Source: Octopus sinensis (lineage: Eukaryota). From it: 64,000 nucleotides of DNA. A program made the translations under genes and the position numbers. The DNA lies in the NCBI RefSeq assembly GCF_006345805.1, contig NC_042998.1, forward strand, positions 8,184,001-8,248,000, read 5' to 3'. This document shows positions 51,523-64,000 of this stretch, in pieces (the first letter of the stretch is position 1; every line of letters starts with the position of its first letter). The notes under the pieces were generated by a model. The model was not told the DNA's origin and searched no databases. It worked only from the letters and a program-made list of their open reading frames with translations.

Positions 51523-54500
51523 ATACTTTGATACTTTGATACTTTGATAGGTTTCGGCCATTATTGGCCCAGGCCATGTCTAACTTAATAGCACCACTGG
51601 TGAAGTCTTTCAAGTCAGAATTGGGCACTATGGCCCACTCAAGTAGAGAGTTATTGTTTACAGAGACATATCCGGGTGTAGGGGGTTTCTCCGGGATTCT
51701 TGAAGGAATCTGTCCAAAGACTTCTTGAACCCTATAGGGTCAGTTTCTGTTTTAATGTGTTTTTGGTGTAATGTTAAAGAGAGCGGGGCCAATTGAGGTA
51801 AAATAATTGTGCCGTATTGTTGTTATGAGATGAGAGTGCGATTTTTGTTTTGGGCGGATGGCACGGGGCCCAAGCCTTGGATGTACCTTAAAGGTGATGC
51901 CAACATCATTTGGGCAATGCTGATGGAATATTTTCCACATCATGCAGATGATGTAGTGCTCACGACGACGTTGGAGAGAATAGAGTTTTAGCTTTTCTAG
52001 TCGACCCCAATAGTCGAGGCCTGTCATGCCATCTATCTTTTTTGTGATTCCCTTTGAGGTGCTTCAACTTTTATGATACCTTTTATGATACCACAGTGGA
52101 CAACAGTATTCAAGGTGGGGTCGGGCAAAAGGGAGAAGAGAAGGATAATGGTGTGGATATCTCTCGATGGAAAGTTCTGAGAATCCAGGAACACATTCTG
52201 CGGGCCATGTCAACTTTGGTGTTTATATGAGTGGCCCAGCTTATGTTGTTGTCCACAATTACTCCCAGGTCTCTGATGTTGTTGGACGCCGCGAGAGTTT
52301 CACCTGAAGGAAGGGAGTATGGGAGTTTCAGGGCATCCTCTTTTCCAAAGTGGATTAGCTCAAATTTATCCTCGTTCAGCAGCATATTGTTTTTTCTGCC
52401 CATTGGCATAACCAGCCAGTAGATCTGACTGAAGGCATGTCCGGTCACTCGCCTCATTTATGACCTTCTGTAGCTTGGAGTCATCTGCAAAGAATTTTAT
52501 GTTGCTGTGCTTGATGATGTCATTAATGTCATTAATGTAAATGATGAAAAGAAGTGGGCCCAGCACAGTGCCTTGCGGAACGCCACTACTGACTTTGGCT
52601 GGGCTTGATTTTACCCCTTCAACTACAACATGTTGAGATCTGTCTGTCAGGAAACACTTGATCCATTTCAGTAACTTTCCAGAGACACCAATGTTGGGTA
52701 GTTTTTTCAATAGGATCTTGTGATCGACCCTGTCGAAGGCCTTACTGAAATCAAGGTAGATGACATCGGTGTTGGAGCCCTCTCCCAAAGCTCAAAATGT
52801 CCTCAAAGTGATGCAGGCTGCGTTAGGCAGTCCCTTCCATTACGGAACCCATGTTGGTTGGAAATCAGCCGTCTGTTGCTTTCCAGAAATTGGGTTTTCG
52901 AGATCTCACCACCCTCTCAAATACCTTGATGATATGAGAGGTGAGTGAGATCGGACGGTAATTCACTGCAAGGGACTTGTTTCCCTTTTTGAAAACTGGG
53001 ACAACAGACTGGGGCAGAAGGTTTTTTGGAATATAGCCAGCATCCGTGAGTTTCTCCACAGATTAGCAAGGGGAGATGCAAGTTGGTGTCGACACACCTT
53101 CAGGACACAAGCAGGGACCTATCGGGGCCTACTGCTGAATTGTGTTTATTTCGTTTATCGCCGCTAAGACATCAGGGGCACTAAACGTTATGTCCGATAT
53201 AGTGTGTTGGGGGTTGACATCACTGATACAGCCCAGATCGGCCATATCAGAATTGCTGAAAACAGAGCAGTATTGTGTCTGCAGTATCTCGGCCATGGAT
53301 TTGGCATTATCTTGGAGAGTGCCAGTTTCGTCAATTAGAGGGCCTACAGTGGAGACAGTGACCTGCGTTTCCTCGCAAATGAAAAGAACACTTTGGGGTT
53401 GAGTTTGATTTTTCAATGGCCCACTTCTCCTCAGCTGATCTTTGGTTATTGATGAGGGTCTTCATGCATTGTTGGAGGTTATATTTTTTGGATTCAAGCA
53501 GTGCGATAGCCGTCGAATGTGTGTGTTGCTGTTGGCAGTACTTTAGTTTGTTAATTTTTTTGTTTGTTCTTTTTATTTTTCTGATAATGGTTTTTCTGTT
53601 TTGGGGGATTCTGCACTTTTTGTTCACAGGTCTTGGTGGGGAGTGTTTTGCACATATGTCTGTGACGGTGTCTACAAAGATCTGCCAAGATGTTTTATGG
53701 TTGGTGGAGATGTGTATGTGTAAAGGACCAGTCACCATGTGATAGATCGTTCCTGATTGCATCCCAGTTGGCATATGGAGATCCATGTTGTCAAATGGGT
53801 GGGCTGCAGGAAAGTCACTAGGATTAGCTTTCGGCTGGTGGAATTTCATGTTACAGAGAACCATGTCATGGTCTGAAAGAAGGGTTTTTTCCACTGTAAC
53901 GTTATGTATAGTGTTAGTGTGGTTACTAAACACTAGGTCCAAAATGTTCTGATGTCTTGTTGGTGCAAGGACAAGTTGGGACAAGAAAAACTCATTCGTA
54001 AAGTCAAAAAGTGACTCTGCTGCTTCTTTGTCAGCGGTTGAGGCGGGAGTGCTTGGTTTCAAACAGTTTGTAGTCCAGTCAACACAGGGTAGATTGAAGT
54101 CTCCCATCATGAGTATGTTGCTAGAATGGCACTGTTGAATAAAGCACTTAATGCTGTTGAGGCATTCTTGAAAGCACAGTATGGGTGTTTGGGGCGGCCT
54201 ATAGAGCCCAATTACTGTCAGGTCATTGGCTTTGTTGTGCACGGTGACTGATTCACAGTAGCCGTTGGAGAATATACTATTTCCATCTGCCGTAAATGAA
54301 TCATGCAGGAAAATGGCAGTTCCACCCTTCCTCCTGCCGATACGATCCGCGCGGATGGTTGTGAATTCTTCACTCTCACTTCGGCTTCCAAGTGGGAGTT
54401 GTCAAGGTGGGTCTCAGTGAGAATGAAGAAAGGGATGTGGTGTGAATGGTTACCAACCCAGTCTTCAATGAATTGGACCTTCCATTTTTGTGCATTGATG

Positions 54501-54730
54501 GAAGGGCTGACACCTTGTGCATTGAGTAGGAATGTGGAGGTTAGTGTAGTGGCTGGTTTTGACTGTTGCAGGGGCCTTGGATTTTTTGTGTGTGTTAGTG
54601 GCAGCAATGTGGGGAATTGGTGCACTGGGGTAATAGCATAGGATGGTGTTGAGTGATGGCTAGAATCTTTTTGTGTATCTCTTTTGCCATGTTCAACATG
54701 GCTAAAAAAGAATTTTCCTGCTTAGGGAGC
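51523..54730 (-). mobile_element. CR1-type LINE remnant (APE+RT, multiple frameshifts) with an octamer 3' tail
   Basis: APE: LNAQG, LTETHL, LYRPP, MGDFNLP, LDLVF, SDH (54625-53700). RT: NYRPISLTS, YLDFSKAFD, GVPQGTVLGPLLF, FFADD (53059-52100). The 3' end is an 8-bp repeat (CAAAGTAT)x3 at 51523-51546, next to (TA)n. Confidence 0.92.
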
Positions 54731-54865
54731 AGTTTTTTGCTGGAGGTATGGTTGCACTGTTGGATAGGGTTGTAGTTTCCACTTTTGTTGTTGTTGTTTT
54801 TGTGTGTGTCTCTCTCTCTCTCTATATATATATATATAGAGAGAGAGAGAGACAGGCCGACAGAC

Positions 54866-54946
<81 letters not shown>

Positions 54947-54972
54947 CATAGATAGATAGAAAGATAGATAGA
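54866..54972. repeat. (TAGA)n microsatellite
   Basis: Direct inspection. Confidence 0.95.
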
Positions 54973-55065
54973 TATGTCACCACTATATAAGTATGTGTAT
55001 ATATATATATATGTATGTATATATGTATATCCCATCACTATATAAGTATGTATGTATATTTATAT

Positions 55066-56685
55066 CCAGCTCATCTGGATGCACGAGTCAGTGCCTCAAG
55101 ACTTCAACGACGCCTCCATCATCCACCTCTACAAGCAAAATGGAAACCACCAGGTCTGCGACAATCATCGCGGAATGTCACTGCTCTCCATCACAGGCAA
55201 GATCCTGGCTAGAGTTTTGCTCAACCGCCTCATTGCACACCTAGAGCAGGGTCTCCGACCTGAGAGCCAGTATGGCTTCGGGAAAGAGCGTGGGACTATC
55301 GACATGGTGTTTGCTGCTAAACAGCTGCAGGAGAAGTGTCGTGAACAGAACGTCGACCTCTACTCGACCTACATAGACCTGACCAAGGCCTTTGATATCG
55401 TTAGTAGAGAAAGTCTCTGCAGAATCTTGGCGAAGTATGAATGCCCCAGAAAATTCATCACCATCGTAGGACAACTCCACGATGGCTTGTTGGCAAGAGT
55501 ACAGGACACCGGAGAGACCTCTAATCCATTCCCTGTTTCCAACGGAGTGAAACATGTATGTGTCCTTGATCCCATCTTGTTCAGCCTTACGTTCTCAGCC
55601 ATGCTGACAGATGCTTTCAGGGACACAGACATAGGCATCGGCCTCAAGTACCGGTCCAACGGTTCAGTCCTCAACCTCGGGAGTCTCAAAGCGAAAACCA
55701 AGGTTTCAGTAGACACCGTCAACGACGTCCTGTTCGCCGATGACTGCGCTCTCAATGCCACTGAGTCCAACATGCAGCACAGCGTTGACTTGTTCTCTGG
55801 CGCCTGCAACGACTCTGGCCTTACTATCGATACAAAAAAGACTGAGGTAATGTATCAGCCAGCTCTAACCAAGCCCTGCGTTGAACCCAACATCATCAAC
55901 GGGCAGCGACTGAACGCGGTGGACAAGTTCACCTACCTTGGCAGCACACTCTCTAGAAATGTTGTCATCGATGACAAAATCAACGCCAGACTCGCCAAGG
56001 CATGCGCTGCTTTCGGCAGGCTACGCAAGACTGTCTGAGACAGGTGGGGGATCACCATCATGACAAAGATCAAGGTGTACCGGGCTGTTGTTCTCACAAC
56101 GCTGCTTTACGGCTGCGAGTCCTGGACGGTCTACCAGCGTTATGCCAGGAAGCTGAACCACTTTCATACAATACGCCTCAGAAAACCTCTCGGCATAAAG
56201 TGGCAGGACAGGATCCCGGACAACGAGGTACTAATATGTGCTAATCTGCCCAGCATCCATACCGTCTTGATACAGTCTCAGCTTCGCTGGGCAGGGCACG
56301 TAGCTTGCATAGCAGGTGAACTATTACCCAAAAAATTGTTTTTTGGCGAGCTGTAAAAGGGAAAGCGCTCACAAGGCGGCCAGAAGAAGCACTTTAAGGA
56401 CACACTGAAAGCCTCACTGAAAGCCTTCAACATCGACCATGACACTTGGGAGCAGTCTTCTGTGGACAAAGAAGGGTGGCGATCAGCTGTCCACAAGAGT
56501 GCCAACACATGCGAGAGCAATAGGATCGCTGCTGCAGAAGACAAGCCAGGAAGAACAGAGCTAACAACCCTTTAGCAGGTGCAGCCATTCCCTGTCCACA
56601 CTGTCAAAGCCATCTGCGGACTCACAAAACAAGCCCACCCCATCCCAGGATGACTAGATGGTCTTCGTCGCATCGACGGACAAAC
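55066..56685 (+). mobile_element. RTE-clade LINE, 5'-truncated RT fragment
   Basis: PQDFNDASIIHLYK, CDNHRGMSLLSITGKILA, YIDLTKAFD, LFADDCAL, FTYLGSTLS, VLTTLLYGCESW, QLRWAGHV. In-frame stops at 56036 and 56354; followed by (TACA)n. Confidence 0.92.
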
Positions 56686-56688
56686 TAC

Positions 56689-56734
<46 letters not shown>

Positions 56735-56737
<3 letters not shown>

Positions 56738-56999
56738 CGTGACCGACCAGGCTCTCAGATGTTGCTACAATGCGCTTCGCATTGTTTTAGCCTTCAAATG
56801 ACGCCACCCCGCTGGCTACGCGAGCAGGCCAATGAGAGAAAGTTGTGGCGAAAGAGTACAGCAGGGATCGCTGCCAGAGCCTCGTGGAGCTTTAGGTGTT
56901 TTCGCTCAATAAACACTCACAACGCCCAGTCTGGGAATCGAAACCGTGATCCTACGACCTCCAGACCGCTGCCCTAACCACTGGGCCATTGCACTTCCA
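56735..56999 (-). mobile_element. SINE family A, partial
   Basis: The head and first ~170 bp match family A. Confidence 0.8.
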
Positions 57000-57081
<82 letters not shown>

Positions 57082-57083
57082 AT

Positions 57084-57154
<71 letters not shown>

Positions 57155-58559
57155 AAAAGCATAGAGAAAATTTTGAACCTTGTAAGTTTTTTAAAATGGG
57201 TTTTGGTTTATAGAATCGTATTTCTAGATAGGTTTCTTTACTTTTTCATCGAAATAGCGATCAGTATCTCTTTTTTAAAATCTCTTAATATTCTATGCAT
57301 TGTATAATAAAACTATAACTATTCTCTATGATTATTTACATAATTTATATAATAGCTATAAAGTTTCTTTGGTGGTGCCATAAATGAAACATTTACAAAT
57401 TTCTACATTGTTCTTTGCGTGTTATCGATACCTGTTCCCATCATTATATCGTACGAACTTTATAATGCTCATTGTTATATCGTAAAGAAATTTTAACATA
57501 TTCTTCCTATATAATATATTCTGAAGTTTTCTTTCGCTAAATTTCTAGTGCTATCTGCAAAGTTGATTCTTATCTCTTTCTTTTGTCAGTCGGCATAGTT
57601 TAAATTATTGTAATCTTTAAATCAAATATTTCCGTTGCTTTCATCAAGACTGTTATGATTAACACACGATTTCACTTTTCCTTGCTTTTCTTTTCTTACT
57701 ATTCTAGCTATTATCAATTACTAACAGTCAACGATTATATAAAATATAATCGTTAAGTAATTTTCCCATCGTGTACTCCTTATTTGTACATAAACACAGA
57801 CACAAACTAAAGTTATCAACCGACAAAAGGAATATATCGTGTGTGTTAAAAGAAATAGCATTCGTGTCCGGCTATATCATTTTCTTTCAACTATTTTTGT
57901 ATGCATACGTAAACACATATGTCCACACATACATGTACACACATATATGAATGTATATACGCAATATGTTCATATGTTTGTGTGTGTGAGAGTGTATGTG
58001 TGCGCGCGCATGTGTGTATACAGAAGAGGGAGAGGTCGGGAGAGAGAGAGAGAGAGAGAGACAGTGTGCGTGTTGAAAACGGTAGCAAAACAAGACAATG
58101 TAAAAATAAGAACATAGAGGGAAGATAAAATGGAGAGGTTCCTCAACGCTGAACTTAATAAATAGATACATATCACACAATTAACAGGAACAAGATTATG
58201 TGGCGAAGAGGAGACAAATAAATAAATAATACACAGAGAGATAAGAGAAAGGACGTGCCTGAAAAAGCGTAGAAATATATAGCGAGGAAATAACAGTAAA
58301 AAAAGTGTAAAATGAAGATAAATACGGAAAAGAAAGAAACTTAAGAGCTGAAGAGATTCTGGTGTTTCGAGCGACACATTTTACTGAAGAGAAGAAAAGT
58401 GATTAAGAGATGCAAGAGAAAAAGAAAAATGTGCAATACCGAATATATATCCATCCATCCCAACATACATACATATTTGATTGCTGGACGGGGAAAATCC
58501 GTCCCCTAGACCCAAAATCTATGCATCTATGGTCTTACTATTTCTCCTGTCCCACTCAA

Positions 58560-59750
58560 GAATGCTAAAAGTACATAGGCATGAATGAAAACACATTATA
58601 CGAAGCTACTGTAATTGACCCGAGAAAATTATGACTGACATAGAAAAATATGGCTGACGGAACTCTCCCCTTATAACAAGACAATATCCCACAATGCATT
58701 TTAGGTGCTAGTGCTGATTCTGACTTTCGGAACACTTGGATAGTCTGTAGAAGAAATCCTATAAACGTTAAAACCCATAAGACACTGATATTGACTGGAA
58801 ATCTCCACAGGAATAGTGATATCGACAGGTTGTACGTAAGAAGAAATAAATGAGGTAAATGCTTGAGATCAGTGCAGACAGCCTTCAAATGTCGCATAGT
58901 CTCTCTCTCAGACAGTGCTTGGCTAAACAAAAGCACCAAAAACAATACATTGACTTACTGCTGAAATGTGAAAAAGAAACAATATCCTACGTATTGGCAG
59001 CGAGCTCATCAGAAAGCATTCGCTCTCTGATGACTTCCCATACAACCCCAAATCAGCTGGAGTAACATACGTTAAAGATGCCCTGCATGTAAAACAAAAA
59101 AGACTATGCATGGGTATGTTTCCCCAAAACTTGAAGGCAGTAATATTAACATGAAGCAAAGCCTCTCCTAGACTCGTGACAACTACATCACATCAAACTT
59201 CGAAGGTTATAATTTGCAATCCAAGAACAAGTGATTGCTACTAAATACCAGATAAACAAAAGAAAGCTTTTGGTGTTCCAAGATACAACTGAAAGTATAG
59301 GATTATGCCATATTTCTGTGGAAAACTTCACACAAGTGATTAGCAACTGCCCCCAAATGTCATCAAGTTATTACCCCCCTATGTAACATGACGTTGTCGC
59401 AAAAACAATATACAATGTCATTAGGAAAAAAGACTGTCCTGGAATAAATATAGAGAATAGCCGTTATTGAAAACGTACACAAATACCAATGAAAAGAATA
59501 CTGGAGAAACATTCCCATGAAGATATCTTCGAAGTGTAAGCATAACAGACCGGATATTGTAGTTTTTGACAGACAAGAAAAGTATCTACCGCCATTGAGG
59601 TCAGCTGATGTGAGTATCTCTTTGAAAAACAAAGAGAAAGAGGACAACTGTTTCGAAAGCTCCAGTTATATCCAGATTATAAATTTACATTTATACCAGT
59701 AATTATTGGTGCACTTGGTTTTGTGAGTAAATGCCCAACAGACAGGCATT
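58560..59750 (+). mobile_element. heavily decayed R4/Dong-type retrotransposon fragment
   Basis: Patchy frames: KTHKTLILTGNLHRNSDIDRLYV, AIQEQVIATKY, ISNCPQMSS..HDVVAKTIY, CKHNRPDIVVFDRQ, VIIGALGFVSK. Confidence 0.7.
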
Positions 59751-59799
59751 CTCACTGCATTCCCACACTGAAATTCATCCACCCGTCTTTGAATGGAAC

Positions 59800-60320
59800 C
59801 TTAGTATCAATCCAGACGGCTATATGAAGCTACAGGAGATTGTGGTCAATGTCTGGCTGAAAAAGAATCTCTGCTGAGAGGCCATATGAGTGGCAACAGG
59901 ATTAGGATTCTTACCATACCTCCGGAAAGAGTCAAAAGTGGTTGTCGGAGAATTTCTACGGTCCCACATGCCATAATTTCCTGCCACCGAATTCCCGCGA
60001 TTGTATTCTCATGGATTACTATGTGTAGGGCATAGTTGAGAACACACCCGCCGCTCTGACAGCAACACCAAAGCCAAGCTAGCGGCCAAGATCAAGAAGG
60101 TGTTCGAAGATCTTCTCAGAAAGACAGTGAGAAAACACATGCGCCAGGTTTCAGAGCCGTCTTGAGGCCGTGGTGGATTAGAGACTACTTTTAGTGAACA
60201 ATTATCTCGCAGCCATAACTGATATTTTTGAATGTTTTAAATACTTTTATTATTTGTTGGGATATTGTGGTTTCTTTTCCGTTTATGCAGACTGTCAAAT
60301 TTAGCTCAAACGTGCGCGTA
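59800..60320 (+). mobile_element. Tc1/mariner transposase C-terminal remnant and 3' flank
   Basis: Degraded frame RPYEWQQD..HTSGKSQKWLSENF..PPNSRDCILMDYYV*GIVE..NTKAKLAAKIKKVFEDL resembles the catalytic QQD / PPxSPDLNPxD region. Confidence 0.7.
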
Positions 60321-61141
60321 TGTAGAAAGCAAACAAACGCCTTTTGAAAATGATATTAGAATATAACTAAAGTTACTTTATTTTACTTTACTCATAACTA
60401 ATTCTAGCTAGCCTTTTTTTTTTATGCTCCTTGCATTAAATATCAACAATCACACAACCATTATTGAATATAAATGTATGTACAGAGTATATGTCAACTG
60501 CAGTTTATGTAGATAAACAGTTAAATTCCTTTGCTTACAGAGAACCGTCTAATTTATGTTGTATCTATATATATGTAAGAGTAGTTATCTAAATCTAATA
60601 AAATGTTTTACTAAACAATCCGAATAATCAAATGCGAATCTCAGAATTTTATTAAACAAATGTTGGGATAGAAATATAGATAGAAATTTATATGTATGTC
60701 ACCTAATTTTCTTCTTCCAAATTTTTGATAACACAATACCAACATAGTTTTTATATTTTATTTTATGTTGGATTCAATGACATTAGATTCATTTTTTTAA
60801 AAATACTTCTCGGTTAAAAACAATGTTTCTTTGTTTGGTATCAACGGTCGTTATGACATGAATTCATAATTTTGGCCAACAGATTTCATCTTATTCGCTA
60901 GCTAATATTTTACTTGTTTTTAATTCACAGAGTAATTTTTCATAAACGGAAGTGTTATCTGTCGCTTGCATTTAGCTATCCATGCAAATAAAATTATTGC
61001 TCTCTCTCTTTTTCAAGAATGTGATAATTAAATTTCCACTGCCATTTATTTACCAATACTTTTCCAACTTCAATAGTTTTTGATAAATTTTGATTTTGTC
61101 ATGACTTTACATTTCGGTTCTGTCTACATGTGAATGTGTTG

Positions 61142-61414
61142 TGTGGACGCCCCCAGACGATGAAGTAGACTAGCCCAATACGTAGATATAGAGGGAGAAG
61201 TCTAGACGCCGAGAAGCAGAGTTGAGTGGAGTAGAGGACATCCGAACGTGCGACATAACAGAATGTATTAGGAAATGATTCGGCATATATCTTTTTATCA
61301 GCATTTTGGTCTGGTACCGAAGTTAGAATCTTTATTAAAATGTGTATTCATTGAATTAAATAATTGTTTCAATAGTATTTGGTTTAATAATAAACAAATA
61401 TGTGGGTGTCAAAA
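61142..61414 (+). mobile_element. possible solo LTR
   Basis: Imperfect inverted ends TGTGGACGCCC...GGGTGTCAAAA and AATAAA near the 3' end. No clear TSD. Confidence 0.3.
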
Positions 61415-61690
61415 ATGAGGATAAAGTGGACAATGGGAGAAAACAGTGAAACACTATCGAAAGCATTTGACATGAAGGACAATGAAAGCATTTACTGCTG
61501 ATACTACGCAGAGGGTGCCTGGTATGGAATACGATCGCTTGCTTAACGTTTGTTTTCCAAATATATCAGTTGCCGAAGTTAGGTTTAAAGAAACATGTCT
61601 ATTCTAATTACTGACTAGTTCTGATGCTATGCTTTCATAAAACGTCGTAAAAATTTCAAAGTCAAATTATAGTGATAATTTTTTAAATAC

Positions 61691-61842
61691 AGGAGTGGCT
61701 GTGTGAACCAACCACATGGTTCCGGGTTCAGTCCCACTGCGTGGCATCTTGGGCAAGTGTCTTCTACTAAAGCCCCGGGCCGACCAGTGCCTTGTGAGTG
61801 GATTTGGTAGACGGAAACTGAAAGAAGCCTGTCGTATATATG

Positions 61843-61873
<31 letters not shown>

Positions 61874-62080
61874 ACGTGTTTGTGTGTCTGTATTTGTCCC
61901 CCTAGCATTGCTTGACAACCAATGCTGGTGTGTTTACGTCCCCGTCACTTAGCGGTTCGGCAAAAGAGACCGATAGAATAAGTACTGGGCTTACAAAGAA
62001 TAAGTCCTGGGGTCGAGTTGCTCTCGACTAAAGGCGGTGCCCCAGCATGGCCGCAGTCAAGTGACTGAAACAAGTAAAAG
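61691..62080 (+). mobile_element. SINE family C
   Basis: Matches 22690-23085. Confidence 0.85.
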
Positions 62081-62199
62081 AGAGAGAGTAAGTATACCGT
62101 TTCGTATTCTCCAGTGAAATAGTCATTTGAGAACAAAGGACATTCATACACCATACGACGTAATACTTGCACTGATTCATGTTATATTAGAGCCAGTTA

Positions 62200-62410
62200 A
62201 GGCGTCGAGCTGGCAGAATCGTTACCGCGCCAGGCAAAATATTTAACGGCATTTCGTCCATCTTAGTTCTGAGTTCAAATTCCACCGAGGCCGACTTTAT
62301 CTTTCGCTCCTTCAGAGTCGATAAAATAAGTACCAATTGTGTACTGGGTTCGATGTAATTGACTTTCACCCTCCTCCGACCTTGCTGGCTTGTGCCAAAA
62401 TTTGGAACTA
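62200..62410 (+). mobile_element. SINE family B
   Basis: AAGGCGTCGAGCTGGCAGAATCG head and family B core. Confidence 0.75.
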
Positions 62411-62887
62411 TATTAGAATTAGTCGATTCATAATTAAAAGGACATTTTCGTTGTATTTTTGAAATCTTTCACGTGTAATAGATACTCCTACACATACATG
62501 GATACATAGATACATCCATACATACAAATGCATTTGTTATTATAGTTATTAGTATTAGTATCATCCGTATTATAATATAGGATGACGGTAAATTTTTCAG
62601 GTATGTTTTCGTTAAATGTGAACGCACGTTTTTCTCACCTGCTGTCTGCACTTAATGACGTTTTCTCAACCCGTTTTCATATCTATTTAGATTTCACTGT
62701 AGCATATAATAAAGAAATCGATACCACACTGCTTGAGAATGTGTGTGTGTGTGTGCATGTATGTATATACATACATAAATACATACATTCTTGATGTGAA
62801 ATGAACCAAATTGTTTGCATCTTAAGAGGATCTGTATGCCAAAGATAGTATGCCAACGCATGCCTACGCATTGATTATTTCACTTCT

Positions 62888-62940
<53 letters not shown>

Positions 62941-63194
62941 AAATTTGGGGATTCAATTCGTCGACATATAAACAATTAACTAAATCGATTGTTTGATTAG
63001 TCGTACGGTGAATAAAATCAATTAGGTTTGTCGCCATTCACAGACAGACCTGAAGCAGACCTAGTGCAGATAGAGCAGGCCATTGATGAGATCGCGAATG
63101 CCCACCAACGCATCTGACAAAGTTATCTCTTTGATTGGCTTGCCGAATGATTAATCAAACAGTCAACTACTTAATTGGTTATGCGTTAAAGAAC

Positions 63195-63430
<236 letters not shown>

Positions 63431-63439
63431 ATAACACAG

Positions 63440-63650
63440 CCTCTAGCGTGAGTGTGGTACCTATTGTCATCGGTGCACTTGGGACTATCTCAAAAAGTGC
63501 AATATTCTAGCATCAAGAGTTGCAAATACCACACTTCAGATGGCAGAAATACTGCAACAACTCATGTGTTGAAGAAAAGTGTTAAATATTTAAGCTGCGG
63601 GATGGAGCTGAGACGTGATATATACATAAACAAATCAGTTAAGTGAATGA
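63440..63650 (+). mobile_element. R4/Dong-type extreme 3' fragment between (TAA)n tracts
   Basis: Translates SVVPIVIGALGTISK, as at the C-terminus of 26223-27250. Flanked on both sides by TAA repeats. Confidence 0.6.
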
Positions 63651-63652
63651 TG

Positions 63653-63714
<62 letters not shown>

Positions 63715-64000
63715 TTCTTTCTACTACAGATACAAGGTCTAGTATTCAAATAGTAGTTATTTTTATCAACCCCGAAAGGATGAAAAGCAAGGTCAACTCT
63801 GGACGAATTTGAACTCAAAACGTAAAGACGGACGAAATAGAAGAGATATAGAACGAATGCGTCTGTATTAAACATACATTGGCCTAGTGACATTGCCGGA
63901 ATACTACTGAATTTTATAGATATACATATATATACACACACGCACACATATGTATGTATGTATGTATGTCAAAGGGCAGAAAAGCTCATGAACTATCAAC

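Noticed and set aside
63030-63120. Possible terminal exon (RPEADLVQIEQAIDEIANAHQRI*)
   Set aside because: Very short, with only a weak acceptor and no supporting neighbouring exons.

Overview
AT-rich eukaryotic non-genic DNA, most likely from an octopus. I infer this from recognising the tRNA-derived SINE families and the very dense microsatellites; it was not searched. No host protein-coding gene can be supported. Almost all ORF-track entries are microsatellite translations or decayed retroelement frames. Supported features are two CR1/L2-type LINE remnants (APE+RT), an RTE-type RT fragment, three R4/Dong-type fragments (two directly beside (TAA)n tracts), a Tc1/mariner remnant, two ~400-bp non-autonomous Helitrons, a piggyBac-type MITE, three SINE families and one intronless tRNA-Leu(CAA). 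The dominant feature is a ~17.4-kb tandem array (32346-49792) of a ~480-bp unit with no substantial ORF. Essentially every unit carries a type I hammerhead ribozyme motif (GGCCUG-CUGAUGA-GUAC GUAA GUAU-GAAA-UCAC U GUGA-UA/CAGGUC): 35 forward copies plus one in an inverted 5' block, with (TA)n on both sides. This is the architecture of a non-LTR 'retrozyme', a self-cleaving, circRNA-producing retroelement. A separate minimal Penelope-type hammerhead with a U3-A8 core variant lies ~160 bp upstream. Ribozyme activity, transcription and novelty are predictions that need testing.
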